Source: a virus. From it: a DNA stretch of 64,000 bases. A program made the position numbers and the translations under genes. A model generated the notes under the pieces. That model ran no database searches. It had not been told where the DNA came from and saw nothing but the letters and a program-made list of their open reading frames with translations. Within the stretch, counting starts at the first letter, position 1. Every line of letters starts with the position of its first letter. The stretch lies in the IMG/VR virus record IMGVR_UViG_3300005573_000055, positions 1 to 64,000 of that record; one strand, written 5' to 3'. Shown here piece after piece: positions 31,974-41,601 of the stretch.

Positions 31974-32001
31974 CTAAAATACATCACATGGAGATCCCCA
32001 C

Positions 32002-32607
32002 ATGGCTTTACAGACAGTAAAAAATGTTATACCGCTACTTAGATTTACAAGTGGTCAACCTGTTGACTTAGATCTTGTAAACTCATTCTTTGATGGTGTG
32101 CGTTCTTCCATCTCTACCATTTCCAATAATCACAATGAATTGTTATCTTTGGTAATGAATGGCACTACACTGCCTGAGTCTGGCAACGCTCTTGATGGGA
32201 AAGTTATATATGTTGACAGTGAAGCCAGTGCAAGCAAAGACAGCGGAATATTTTACTACACACCGCCGAGCGGCGGGACTTCTCGTCCGCTTACTATATA
32301 TGAAACATTTTTGCTTATATTGCAGCTGCTTGGTAACATTAACAATGCTTTTAGCAAAATAACAATTATAGCCTCTAAAGCACAGCCCCAGATGCTTGCA
32401 CCTAACGGCTCAGCTACATATGCTGCTGTTGGCGGAGTACCATTCATTCCCCTTCTCTACTACAAAAGCGGCAATTATATCTATAATGCCAATAATGTCC
32501 TCAACATAAATTACGATGATACAACTAAACAAATTATTATTACCAATAATAGTTCAAATACATATAACATATTTGGATATATCATCCATCTACAACTGCC
32601 ATTCTAA
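32002..32607 (+). CDS. Hypothetical structural protein
   Basis: 201 aa with GGAG RBS. Confidence 0.5.
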   Translation: MALQTVKNVIPLLRFTSGQPVDLDLVNSFFDGVRSSISTISNNHNELLSLVMNGTTLPESGNALDGKVIYVDSEASASKDSGIFYYTPPSGGTSRPLTIYETFLLILQLLGNINNAFSKITIIASKAQPQMLAPNGSATYAAVGGVPFIPLLYYKSGNYIYNANNVLNINYDDTTKQIIITNNSSNTYNIFGYIIHLQLPF

Positions 32608-32622
32608 AGCGGAGATGAAGCA

Positions 32623-35600
32623 ATGAATCCTATCACCTATCTTAAAGACGATGCTAATCCTTATGCTAAATATGATGCAGTAACTTTTCTGCCATCAAAG
32701 CCGCGCAGCACAAAAGACTTTACCGATTTACAGCAAATACTACGTTTTAAGTTGAATGCTCTTATTAGAGACCTTTTTGGAAACTGCCGTATTATGTCTT
32801 CCATAAAAGAGACTACCGAGAATGGACAGACATATATTCAACTTAGCGGGCTTTGGTATATAGATGGCTATAGAGTTTTATTTAATGATCTGCGTTCAGA
32901 CATTAATGTCAATAGAGCATCAGAATATAAAGTCTATCTTGGATTGGAGCTTAAAGAAATTACAGCCGCAGAAGATCCGTCTATAGCTCTTCAAGATGCT
33001 GATAATAACATACTTATAGAAACATCCCGCCGTGCAAAACTTACATATACATTAAGACTATGCAATCCTGATCAATCTTTAACATTTGACCCTCCAATAC
33101 CAAATTATGTTTTAGGAACTATTTACTATGATAGCCAAACCCAAAGCTGGAAATTAAGAGACAGCGACATATTTAAGTTTGTAGAGCTTAAGTATTCAGA
33201 TGCAATAGATATAGCAAGAAAAGCTGTTCACAAGGAGAATGATGAAAAGACTGTTGTTTTAGAAAGAATTACATCAGTGCGTGATGAGGATTTTGAAGAT
33301 CAAAATGCGAGAATTGTTGTTCAGAAAATATCTGATACCCATCTTTCCTTTGGTTTTGAGACGATGGTAAATGGAGAGCCTCGCTATGTTGCGGCATTTG
33401 AAGTTCTAAAAGAAGGTGGCGATTGGCATCCAATTATTTGGCTTAGACCTGGTATTCTTGAGTATCCTATCTCCTATCTCACCGAAGATGGTATAACCTT
33501 CCAAGACAATAAAGGCTACGTTACAGATATAACTCAGTATCACATCTCTATATCCAACAAAGCAAACAAGTTTATTCTTGATCCAACAGAGCTTTACTAT
33601 GGTTTTAAGAGCAATGATGGTGACAAAGTAGCTCTATGGGTTAAAAATGCTATGAAAGACTGGGATCTCAAAAGAGCTACAATGTTTGGCACCGAAGGTA
33701 ATGACCCTGGTATTGCTGATTCGGGATACACAAATCCATATAAGATTTATACTACAAATAGTGCTTCTAAACAAGCTGTAGTAAAGTTTGATCTTGGAAG
33801 CGATGAACAAATTAGACCTAAAGATGGTGTTGTTAAAGTCCAGCATAAGCTGGTATATAACAGTTTGCAGACATGCGATGCAATTATAACCGCCAAAGTC
33901 GAGACGAGCGACAACGACAGTAGTTATTCTACTATCTTTGTAGAAAAGTGGCTTCTCAAAGATGGTATTGCTACTTATACAGTCCCATTTGAATTTTCTA
34001 TCAGCGATTCTCAAGGCTATGTGCCGCGCTACATAAAGCTTACATATTCAATTTACCCTACCAGAATACTTAATAATAACGAAAGAGTTGAAGCTACTGT
34101 AAGCTTTAGGGACAGTAATGCATGTACTTGGGAGACCTTTAGTGTAGCTTATCCTACTACAGAGATGCAATATATGGTAATGAATAAACATATATTATGG
34201 GTGGATAATGATGGCAATGTAAGAATCAAAAAAGTAAGCAATACACTCCCAAATGTGCTTGGTGATGCTATTGATAAAATGATATCCAGCGAAGGAACTG
34301 CAGGTGATGTTAATGCTCCAGGTGGTAAGATTATCGGCGCTCTTGATCTATCCCGAGCGACAGTTGAAGTAAGTCAAGAGATAACCAGAGCTGCTTTTAC
34401 ACAAGATACACTCAAATTGCCCGTTGTCAAGGGAACAGAAGTCGATAAAGTTGGCCTTATAAGTAGTGCTACTATACAAAATATTATTAGTCAGATAAAT
34501 AGCTTAAAGCCTGAATTAGGTGCGATTAAAGATGTAACTCCTACAAATGTATATTATGTAGCCAAGAACTGGAATATTCAAGCAGCAAATCCATACTTTA
34601 CCTCGCTTTCCTCAGCTGTAAATCAGATTATTACTGATGGCACATCTAGTGCTTTAATTATTGTTTATCCTGGAGTATATGATGATGATATCAATTTCGG
34701 TTCAATTTCAAGGTCAATTAGTGTTGGTATTTATGCCTTAGAGCCAAGAAACACATTCTTAAATGGAAGCTTGATACTTGCAGCTCAAGGTTCTAATATA
34801 ATTGACCTATATACAAATATATCATTTATTCTTCAGTCGGGGAAAAATATTCATGTCAATGGCTGCAAACTCTTTATAGATCGTAGCTCTCTTATAACAT
34901 CATCTGCTGATACTACTGTCATTAAAGTTGAAGGAACAAATTCTATTATAGAACTTCATGGCCAAATATGGGTTGATCGAAGCGGGCTTACTTCAGATGA
35001 TGTCAATCCTGTGATAAATGTCTACAGCGGTGGAAGTTTATATACGTATGGCAAAATAGAAGTTGTAAATAATGTTGCTCCGATATTTAATATCGATACT
35101 GCAACAATTAATGTATATGGGCCTGTCATCAGAAGTGGAACAAAAAACTGTAATCAAGTTATTCATTCCAAAGGAAGTCAAACAATTAGCTCAGCTATCA
35201 ACCTATATGGCCCAATGAGACTGATTCATGCAGGTATTATCAATGCTGAATCAAAAAGCCAAATATTTATCAAAAACAATATAGATGGCTGCTTCCCTGC
35301 TGGCCCATCAACAAGTCCGTTAATTATCATTGATGGCAGCACAGAAGTATTTATGTATTCATCTGATATATATTATTGGTACGATGGTCTTAATATTACA
35401 AATCCTGATATCCCATCAATTCTTGTTTCCATAAAAGAGCAATCGGTTGGTGAATCAAACAGACTAATAATGATTAATTCATCTATAATTGTAGATCAAA
35501 TGAGTAACAATGGTACTATAATTTTCGTAAGTAATGATTATCAGCTTGAAATGTATAATTCTTCATTATATTTAAGAAATGTTACTTCGGCGGTCAGCGA

Positions 35601-35727
35601 TAAATCTTCTATCAAAAGTTCAGGCAGTATTCAAAATCCGTTTAAAATACGCACATACGGATCATATACAAACCTCGGGACTGTATATGTTACCACCGAT
35701 ATTACTGTCTACAACTACCTATCTTAA
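32623..35727 (+). CDS. Tail/baseplate protein with DUF4815-like N-terminus and C-terminal beta-helix (tailspike-like)
   Basis: N-terminal Y.AVTFLPSKP.....FTDLQQIL. The YFTSLSSAV...IIVYPGVY cap precedes Ile/Asn-rich beta-helix-like repeats. Confidence 0.6.
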   Translation: MNPITYLKDDANPYAKYDAVTFLPSKPRSTKDFTDLQQILRFKLNALIRDLFGNCRIMSSIKETTENGQTYIQLSGLWYIDGYRVLFNDLRSDINVNRASEYKVYLGLELKEITAAEDPSIALQDADNNILIETSRRAKLTYTLRLCNPDQSLTFDPPIPNYVLGTIYYDSQTQSWKLRDSDIFKFVELKYSDAIDIARKAVHKENDEKTVVLERITSVRDEDFEDQNARIVVQKISDTHLSFGFETMVNGEPRYVAAFEVLKEGGDWHPIIWLRPGILEYPISYLTEDGITFQDNKGYVTDITQYHISISNKANKFILDPTELYYGFKSNDGDKVALWVKNAMKDWDLKRATMFGTEGNDPGIADSGYTNPYKIYTTNSASKQAVVKFDLGSDEQIRPKDGVVKVQHKLVYNSLQTCDAIITAKVETSDNDSSYSTIFVEKWLLKDGIATYTVPFEFSISDSQGYVPRYIKLTYSIYPTRILNNNERVEATVSFRDSNACTWETFSVAYPTTEMQYMVMNKHILWVDNDGNVRIKKVSNTLPNVLGDAIDKMISSEGTAGDVNAPGGKIIGALDLSRATVEVSQEITRAAFTQDTLKLPVVKGTEVDKVGLISSATIQNIISQINSLKPELGAIKDVTPTNVYYVAKNWNIQAANPYFTSLSSAVNQIITDGTSSALIIVYPGVYDDDINFGSISRSISVGIYALEPRNTFLNGSLILAAQGSNIIDLYTNISFILQSGKNIHVNGCKLFIDRSSLITSSADTTVIKVEGTNSIIELHGQIWVDRSGLTSDDVNPVINVYSGGSLYTYGKIEVVNNVAPIFNIDTATINVYGPVIRSGTKNCNQVIHSKGSQTISSAINLYGPMRLIHAGIINAESKSQIFIKNNIDGCFPAGPSTSPLIIIDGSTEVFMYSSDIYYWYDGLNITNPDIPSILVSIKEQSVGESNRLIMINSSIIVDQMSNNGTIIFVSNDYQLEMYNSSLYLRNVTSAVSDKSSIKSSGSIQNPFKIRTYGSYTNLGTVYVTTDITVYNYLS

Positions 35728-35749
35728 CACATAACAATTTGGAAGGTAT

Positions 35750-36187
35750 ATGATTAATCGTGGAGATATAGTCATTCTTGGCATTGATGATAATAGGTAT
35801 ACAATATACCTTATGTATGACCACCATTTGGGCGTAACTGCAACTATATGGGGTATTAAAGCTGAAGACATAGCAAACAAGATTAAACAAAATGGATTTA
35901 GGTATTGTGTGGTCATTCGTCCGCAGAAGAGTTTGACATGGCAGAAGAAGTGCGAGTTTTCTTCATATATACTTGAGCTTCTCTCCGGAAAAAAGAAGCT
36001 TACGTTTAAGGAAAGGTGCAATTTTCTGCAGTTTGTAGTTGATCTTTATAACAAGATCTTTCACGTAGAGATAGTAAAGTTTCCTATCCCTATAACGCTA
36101 AACAATGTCTTGCTTTCCAAAGATATAGATATCCTTACAATCGAAAACCAACTTGAAATCGAAAACCAAATAATGGAGGAATATTAA
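35750..36187 (+). CDS. Hypothetical protein, possibly a degenerate permuted papain-like fold
   Basis: Starts INRGDIVIL like 7604-8230, with VIRP and a late Cys; weak. Confidence 0.4.
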   Translation: MINRGDIVILGIDDNRYTIYLMYDHHLGVTATIWGIKAEDIANKIKQNGFRYCVVIRPQKSLTWQKKCEFSSYILELLSGKKKLTFKERCNFLQFVVDLYNKIFHVEIVKFPIPITLNNVLLSKDIDILTIENQLEIENQIMEEY

Positions 36188-36189
36188 AG

Positions 36190-36627
36190 ATGGCCAAAAC
36201 TAAAAATCAGTCAATGTGTAAAGTACACACAAAGGAGCTGGAAGAATTAACAAATCTGTATGTCGGTCTTGATACAAAGATTGATAATTTAATTAGAACA
36301 AGCAATACACTTAACCAACAAACCACTGATTTGATATGTGCATTCAATGAATACAAAAACGAAAAGCTTGCTCTAAAGAATGGTCAGACTTTAGAGCTTA
36401 CACGTGATGAAGCTATTGCTCATATATGGAATAATCTAAAAGAACTCTCAAGCAGCCTCGAAGGAGTAAAAAACATTAATTCGTCTTTTCAGCTTATGAC
36501 TGCGTTTTTAAAGTCAAATAAGTCTTTACTGCTCGTCTTAACCATTATTATCAGTCTTGTTGTAATTAACGTAATTACACTTGCTGACAATCCAATTGTT
36601 AAAAGTCTAATTAACTATATATTCTAA
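36190..36627 (+). CDS. Coiled-coil protein with C-terminal TM helix (holin/antiholin-like)
   Basis: LLLVLTIIISLVVINVITL TM segment, upstream of the lysis genes. Confidence 0.5.
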   Translation: MAKTKNQSMCKVHTKELEELTNLYVGLDTKIDNLIRTSNTLNQQTTDLICAFNEYKNEKLALKNGQTLELTRDEAIAHIWNNLKELSSSLEGVKNINSSFQLMTAFLKSNKSLLLVLTIIISLVVINVITLADNPIVKSLINYIF

Positions 36628-36637
36628 GGAGGTACTT

Positions 36638-36925
36638 ATGGACATAAAAGAAGCTATATCAAAGAAGTATGTCAAGATATTGCTTATATACTTTGTTTTG
36701 GCTGTTGCCGCTATAATTGTAACATTTACATTCTTTGAAGAGCTAAGCTCAATTGCAGCTGTGTTCGTCTTTACGACAATTGGACTTGGCATTATTTTCT
36801 TGTTTGATACTGTTGTTCTTAAATCGCTTGATACTATAGAGGAAATTAAAAAAGGAAATCTTGCCTATGCGATATTCTTTCTTGGTATTTGTGTTATTAT
36901 TGCTGCTGCCATTATATCAGCTTAA
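36638..36925 (+). CDS. Putative holin (three TM helices, DUF350-like)
   Basis: 95 aa, three hydrophobic segments, EEIKKGNLAYAI motif, AAGGAGG RBS, next to the endolysin. Confidence 0.65.
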   Translation: MDIKEAISKKYVKILLIYFVLAVAAIIVTFTFFEELSSIAAVFVFTTIGLGIIFLFDTVVLKSLDTIEEIKKGNLAYAIFFLGICVIIAAAIISA

Positions 36926-37469
36926 CGGACAAGCGCATGTTGATACTGCACTTAGTTATGTTGGTGTTAGGGAAAAAACTGGCAGAAACGATGGGTATTT
37001 TGTTGAAAGGTTTTTATCTTCGGTAGGGCGAAAGAAGGGCGACTCGTGGTGTGCTGCTTTTGTTTCATATTGCTTGACTGTGACTCATACTAAAGAGCCA
37101 GCTATAAGAAGTGGTCTAGCATATGATTTTACAAAAGCCAAATATGTTATTGCAGCAAGTGATGTTCTAAAATATAATCTTAAACTTCCACGTGGTACGC
37201 TTGTTATTTGGCGCAAAGGCACAACTTTGTTTGGCCATATAGGTATAGCAATTACTCAGTGGAAAGGTTCTTCTGGAAAGACTGTAGAAGGAAATACCTC
37301 TCCTGATAGTTCTGGATCACAAAGCAATGGCAATGGTGTGTATATTAAAAATAGAAAGATTAGTCCACTTAGTTACTTTTCAATAAAATACTTTACACTG
37401 GTGGCGCCAAAAGGCAATAAGAATGAAATACCAACTGATTTAAGATTAAGGCCAGGGCTTTTCAAATGA
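36861..37469 (+). CDS. Endolysin, CHAP/NlpC-P60 cysteine peptidase with N-terminal signal peptide
   Basis: GVRE..G.N.G..V, WCAAFV (Cys), GHIGI (His), TVEGNT. N-terminus MRYSFLVFVLLLLLP is hydrophobic. Confidence 0.85.
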   Translation: MPMRYSFLVFVLLLLLPLYQLNGQAHVDTALSYVGVREKTGRNDGYFVERFLSSVGRKKGDSWCAAFVSYCLTVTHTKEPAIRSGLAYDFTKAKYVIAASDVLKYNLKLPRGTLVIWRKGTTLFGHIGIAITQWKGSSGKTVEGNTSPDSSGSQSNGNGVYIKNRKISPLSYFSIKYFTLVAPKGNKNEIPTDLRLRPGLFK

Positions 37470-38203
37470 ATAAATACTTTAACATATTGCTTATTATAGC
37501 TTTCATCATAGTGCTCGTGTGTGTGTATTTAAAAAATAAAGCACTCCAAGATGAAATATCCTATTGGCAGAATCAAGCTATTAAGAAAGATAGCCTTATT
37601 CAAATTGATTCTGTCAACTACGAGATAATATCTAAAGAGCGGAACCGTCTTATATCTGAGAACAACAAACTTCTGCTCCTTGCAAAGCAAAACAAGGAAG
37701 AGATTGTATATCTCTTAAACCTTAAAGCCAAGTATGAACTCGCTTTATCTAATATTCATACTAAGCCTGCAGATACAGTTGTTATTTTTGATAAGCCTGA
37801 TAGCCTGGCTCGTATCTTTTCAGTTGAAGTTGATAGTACTCTTAAGATAAGCGGTGCATTCCAGACACATGAGCCATACTATATTAGCTTTAGTGAAATA
37901 TTATTTAGAGCAGCTTTGAATATAATATTGTCTCAAGATAAGTATGGATATTGGCATACGCGTATATCAACAAATTCACCTTATCTTAAACTTGAAGAAG
38001 CAAGAGTGCAGGTTTTAAGCAGGGATGATAATTGGAGATTTTTCTATGGTGGTGGTTTTTCTTTATTTGAAAGGTCGCTTGGCATAGGTGGTTTATTTGG
38101 AGTGCGTAAGAGGGATTATGGTGGGAGTTTGTCATTTACATATCAGCAGCATGATGGCAGACTACTGCCTCTTTGGTTTGTAACACTATATAAATTCATG
38201 TAG
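37466..38203 (+). CDS. Putative spanin-like protein
   Basis: N-terminal TM, coiled coil, C-terminal Gly/aromatic amphipathic beta strands; follows the endolysin with ATGA overlap. Confidence 0.55.
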   Translation: MNKYFNILLIIAFIIVLVCVYLKNKALQDEISYWQNQAIKKDSLIQIDSVNYEIISKERNRLISENNKLLLLAKQNKEEIVYLLNLKAKYELALSNIHTKPADTVVIFDKPDSLARIFSVEVDSTLKISGAFQTHEPYYISFSEILFRAALNIILSQDKYGYWHTRISTNSPYLKLEEARVQVLSRDDNWRFFYGGGFSLFERSLGIGGLFGVRKRDYGGSLSFTYQQHDGRLLPLWFVTLYKFM

Positions 38204-38212
38204 GAGTTTGCT

Positions 38213-38428
38213 ATGACTTTAGAAGATAGAATTGCTTATCTAGAAAAACAAGTATCTCAGATCTACGAAATCATAAGAAACCTCCAGGAAGGTCTGTCAA
38301 CAAAGAAAATGGTCAATGATTTGGATCTATTAAGGCAAGGACAGATAGCTGATTTAGATCAGCGTCTTAGTGTTGTTGAACAGACTCTAAACGCTATACA
38401 GACACGTCTTGACTCTTTAGGCGTTTGA
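38213..38428 (+). CDS. Small coiled-coil protein
   Basis: 71 aa heptad pattern, AGGAG RBS; last + strand gene, overlapping the end of repA. Confidence 0.6.
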   Translation: MTLEDRIAYLEKQVSQIYEIIRNLQEGLSTKKMVNDLDLLRQGQIADLDQRLSVVEQTLNAIQTRLDSLGV

Positions 38429-39266
38429 TGAAATACATATTTACGTAGCCGTCATTTACATCAAAATGATATCCTTCCAGATATGCTTTCTTTTTTAGTT
38501 CTTCCGAGGCTAGTAAAACTTCTCTTAATAGCTTTTTATTACTGAGATATTGAGAGTATCCCATCATATTAATAGCCAATTCGGGCAGTGATATCTTTAT
38601 CATTTGTTTCTTATAGAGTTTCTTATCTAAGATACGATACAGCTTTTTAGCTGGTGCATATTCGATACTTCTATAAAATGGCCAGTCTAAAGGCTTAATA
38701 TTGCCCGAAGATATGGAAATCCACAGTGTATCACTCCAATGTACCTCAAGTATCTCCTTCTTTGAAAAAGCATCCTTCCTTTCAGTTACAAGCAAATCTA
38801 TCAAATGAAATTTCCTGCTTTCGTAGACATTCAAAGCCTTATTGAAAAAGCAGTCAGTCTCTATAAGTATTTTAGAGAGTCTGGTAAGGCATTCGTGTAT
38901 CTTTGCATAATAGTACCCTGATTTAGGCCATGAAAGTCTATCTAGAAGATCTGACATATTTTCTACAAGAACCACCTTAGAGACAAATCGTCTTTCATAG
39001 CTCAGTGAAAGCAAGGCAAGCAGTACATCTTCATCTTCGGGCAATATGCCTGGTAGAATCTTGCCAGAATGTTCTATACTATAAATTGTGACGTGTCCAT
39101 AGGCAAGTCTGCCTGTAAGTTTGTTCCAGTAGCTGATATTATAAGTTCTTTTGCTTGGAATTTCATTCCCCTTCTGACCATAAAACACCAAAGGCAACTC
39201 TATGAGATTAATCTCATCAAAGCTAAAGTGATGATTAATCTTTTGAGTTATCCACATTATAAACAT
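38394..39266 (-). CDS. repA: Plasmid-type replication initiator protein A (RPA family)
   Basis: DEINLIELPL, LPEDEDVLLALL, LL..L.W..SG.YY..I..CL.RL and Y.....PAKKLYR.LDK motifs match replication initiator A proteins. True start may be 39257. Confidence 0.8.
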   Translation of the reverse strand: MFIMWITQKINHHFSFDEINLIELPLVFYGQKGNEIPSKRTYNISYWNKLTGRLAYGHVTIYSIEHSGKILPGILPEDEDVLLALLSLSYERRFVSKVVLVENMSDLLDRLSWPKSGYYYAKIHECLTRLSKILIETDCFFNKALNVYESRKFHLIDLLVTERKDAFSKKEILEVHWSDTLWISISSGNIKPLDWPFYRSIEYAPAKKLYRILDKKLYKKQMIKISLPELAINMMGYSQYLSNKKLLREVLLASEELKKKAYLEGYHFDVNDGYVNMYFIKRLKSQDVSV

Positions 39267-39506
39267 CCTTATTTAAACTATTAACTCTATTTAAACACCT
39301 ATACCGCAGCAAAATCTTTGATTTTACCTTAAAATCAAAGGAATTCTCACTTTGAGGCACAACTTTTTACGAAAAATCAGCCTTTAATGCCGAAACATAG
39401 GTGATTTTTGACTTAACAAATGTAAGATAATTCCGACAGATAGTCAATATCTGTCCGACAAATTAACATTGCAATGTGGATAACTCAAATTAAGTTTGTC
39501 AGACAA
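39242..39506. promoter_or_regulatory. Putative replication origin with two DnaA boxes in a 17 bp inverted repeat
   Basis: TTATCCACA at 39248-39256 and TGTGGATAA at 39475-39483 lie within the perfect IR tttgagttatccacatt/aatgtggataactcaaa. There is an 11 bp IR at 39316-39340, two TCCGACA repeats and an AT-rich interior. Confidence 0.7.
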
Positions 39507-39725
39507 TTATTTCTTATAATGTTTCTTCTTCTTTGGTTTGTCTGACTTATGATGAATAAGCATTTTCTGAGCTTGCTCCCGTCTGTACTTTTCCTCCGCA
39601 ATCATAACCTCTATCATGTCGTCCATTGCAGGCGATATTTTTTTCACTCTGCCCTCTACACCTAAAAACTTGTCTATCCATCTTCTGATGGTAAATTTAA
39701 TTGCAGGCAGTAAAGTTTTTAACAT
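39507..39725 (-). CDS. Hypothetical protein with basic tail
   Basis: 72 aa; GAGG RBS at the end of the upstream gene. Confidence 0.55.
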   Translation of the reverse strand: MLKTLLPAIKFTIRRWIDKFLGVEGRVKKISPAMDDMIEVMIAEEKYRREQAQKMLIHHKSDKPKKKKHYKK

Positions 39726-39726
39726 A

Positions 39727-40521
39727 TTAGTACACCTCTGTTGTTGATGTTTTTAAAGATAACAGTGATTTAATTTCACCAGCTATTGCTAAAGCTTGAG
39801 CAGAAAGACTTTCTAAATCTCCCCGTTCGGCTTTGATCAAAAAGTCATAAGGCACATCATCAAGTGCTACTTCACTCGGATGATTGGGATCCCGCTTTGG
39901 GTCGATATATTGCTTGCCATCAACGGTAGCTATAACTTTGATATATATCCCGCCATTGTTTTTAATGAAATCATACTCATTCTTAAAGCGTGTATCAGGC
40001 ATAAGTATAACCTTGAGTAAATCCTTCCTCTTTGCTAAAAGATTATCAATAGACCGTTTCGCTGCTTTAATCCAATAGTCAGAATCGTACTTTCGTCTGT
40101 AATTTGTGCCCCAATATTGCAGTAGCAGTGGGTCTTTGTAATCCATACCATAATAGCACCCACTCTCATCAAGGCGTGTTTTCATCAGCTCGTGTAACAC
40201 TTTGTCATTAGAGACAGTCCTATAACATGTTACAGTCTTACTGGGATGCGACCACTGAGACAATGTTGCTTGATGAGGTGCCATTTCATATATCTCTTCC
40301 TTGTCAAACAAAATGTAAGTCATATCTTCAGGGTCTTCGCTGGTTTTTCTAATTAATGGATATTCTCGCTTTTTATTGCTTACTTCTTCATATAAAGCAT
40401 CTGCCCAATGCAGGATTTTACAGATACCACTAAGTTCATTTTGGATTATCTTTGCTGAATAATCCTTGCCATTGCGGGCCTTGTTGCCAAGGCCTACAAG
40501 TAGAACTCCTTTAAGTTTCAT
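39727..40521 (-). CDS. Deoxynucleoside monophosphate kinase
   Basis: GLGNKARNGKD P-loop, LLQYWGT..RR, DTRFKNE, HPSE..LD. Start moved to 40521 behind a GAGGAGG RBS. Confidence 0.88.
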   Translation of the reverse strand: MKLKGVLLVGLGNKARNGKDYSAKIIQNELSGICKILHWADALYEEVSNKKREYPLIRKTSEDPEDMTYILFDKEEIYEMAPHQATLSQWSHPSKTVTCYRTVSNDKVLHELMKTRLDESGCYYGMDYKDPLLLQYWGTNYRRKYDSDYWIKAAKRSIDNLLAKRKDLLKVILMPDTRFKNEYDFIKNNGGIYIKVIATVDGKQYIDPKRDPNHPSEVALDDVPYDFLIKAERGDLESLSAQALAIAGEIKSLLSLKTSTTEVY

Positions 40522-41551
40522 CGTCTTCTCCCTCCTCTTCTTCAAGATCTGTGGCTGGAGTGTGGCTTATGCTTTCATTATAACAAAGACTCCTGTAAAC
40601 GCAATAGCTACACTGCCAGTCTCCTTGACGGTCTCCTTTTATATGTTTCTTATAAGCTGTATTAGAAAGCATACCTATTTGATTTAATAGTTTAGCTTCT
40701 TCATCAGAATATGTAAGCTTAAAATCCCTCGGCGGCGGCTGAAGTTCTTTTCTTGTAACTAAACCTTTACGCAGAAGTTGTACGGATTCATTTACATATT
40801 CAGCAAGGAGGCGGTATCGTTCAAATATGTCTTCTACATAGAAGCCGCGCTCTATTTCGTTATTTATGGCCACAAAGTGCTTGCCTGTTGCACTGTCTTC
40901 AACTAACGTGATGTCAAATTCAGTGCGGTTCATGTTGTCTCTAAGTATATAGAGAAGCTTGCCGCCAAGAAGGTTCTGGTCGTCTCTGTGTATATAGAGG
41001 TATATTACAAGCTGCAGCACATGCTCCATCTTTGGGCGTCCTTTAATAAGTCTTTTATTAGAAGCACGGCCCTCAAAATGGTCAAACAGATCACGAGCTT
41101 TGCCAGTCTCATACCCGAACTTAAGACGTCCACCATATGAAGATTTGCATTCTACAAATATGTATTTCTGCTTGTCTGTTGGCAACTGAACGACTATGTC
41201 TATTTCCCCAGATACAGAAAGGCTTTTCTCCCAAAACTTAACTGAGTTGTTTTCATATATACCAGCAAGCTTGACAAGTTCAACAATTAGGTTTTCAAGA
41301 TATTTGCCTGCTTCAAGTATATATTTTGCCTTTATAGAACGAGGATTAGATTCCGGGAATTTAAGCAGTCTATACCATGATTTACGCAAGCATCCGCCTA
41401 CAACATATTTGTATCCGCTTGGTGTTGTATATATAACAGAAGCCTCTGACGGATAGAGGCTGGTTCTTCGCTCTCCTGTAAAACGCTCTCTGGCTAAGGC
41501 ATCGTCTAGAAGATCCCATAGCCTAAAGGATGAAAGTGCATTATAATCCAT
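40511..41551 (-). CDS. Cas4-like PD-(D/E)xK exonuclease with 4-Cys Fe-S motif
   Basis: GGCLRKSWY, SGEIDIV, VECKS, QL..Y and C-terminal CSYC.YRSLC. Confidence 0.8.
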   Translation of the reverse strand: MDYNALSSFRLWDLLDDALARERFTGERRTSLYPSEASVIYTTPSGYKYVVGGCLRKSWYRLLKFPESNPRSIKAKYILEAGKYLENLIVELVKLAGIYENNSVKFWEKSLSVSGEIDIVVQLPTDKQKYIFVECKSSYGGRLKFGYETGKARDLFDHFEGRASNKRLIKGRPKMEHVLQLVIYLYIHRDDQNLLGGKLLYILRDNMNRTEFDITLVEDSATGKHFVAINNEIERGFYVEDIFERYRLLAEYVNESVQLLRKGLVTRKELQPPPRDFKLTYSDEEAKLLNQIGMLSNTAYKKHIKGDRQGDWQCSYCVYRSLCYNESISHTPATDLEEEEGEDDET

Positions 41552-41601
41552 AGATTACCCCATAAAAGTTAATGCTGTTTATAGCTTCGTTGGAAAGTTG
41601 C

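Noticed and set aside
53-35000. Antisense and alternate-frame ORFs within structural genes (e.g. 53-712, 1064-1438, 33634-34014)
   Set aside because: They are shadows of long coding genes, with no RBS or recognisable motifs.
40511-41551. CRISPR-Cas system suggested by the Cas4-like gene
   Set aside because: No repeat-spacer array or other cas genes are seen. Solo Cas4-like nucleases are common in phages.
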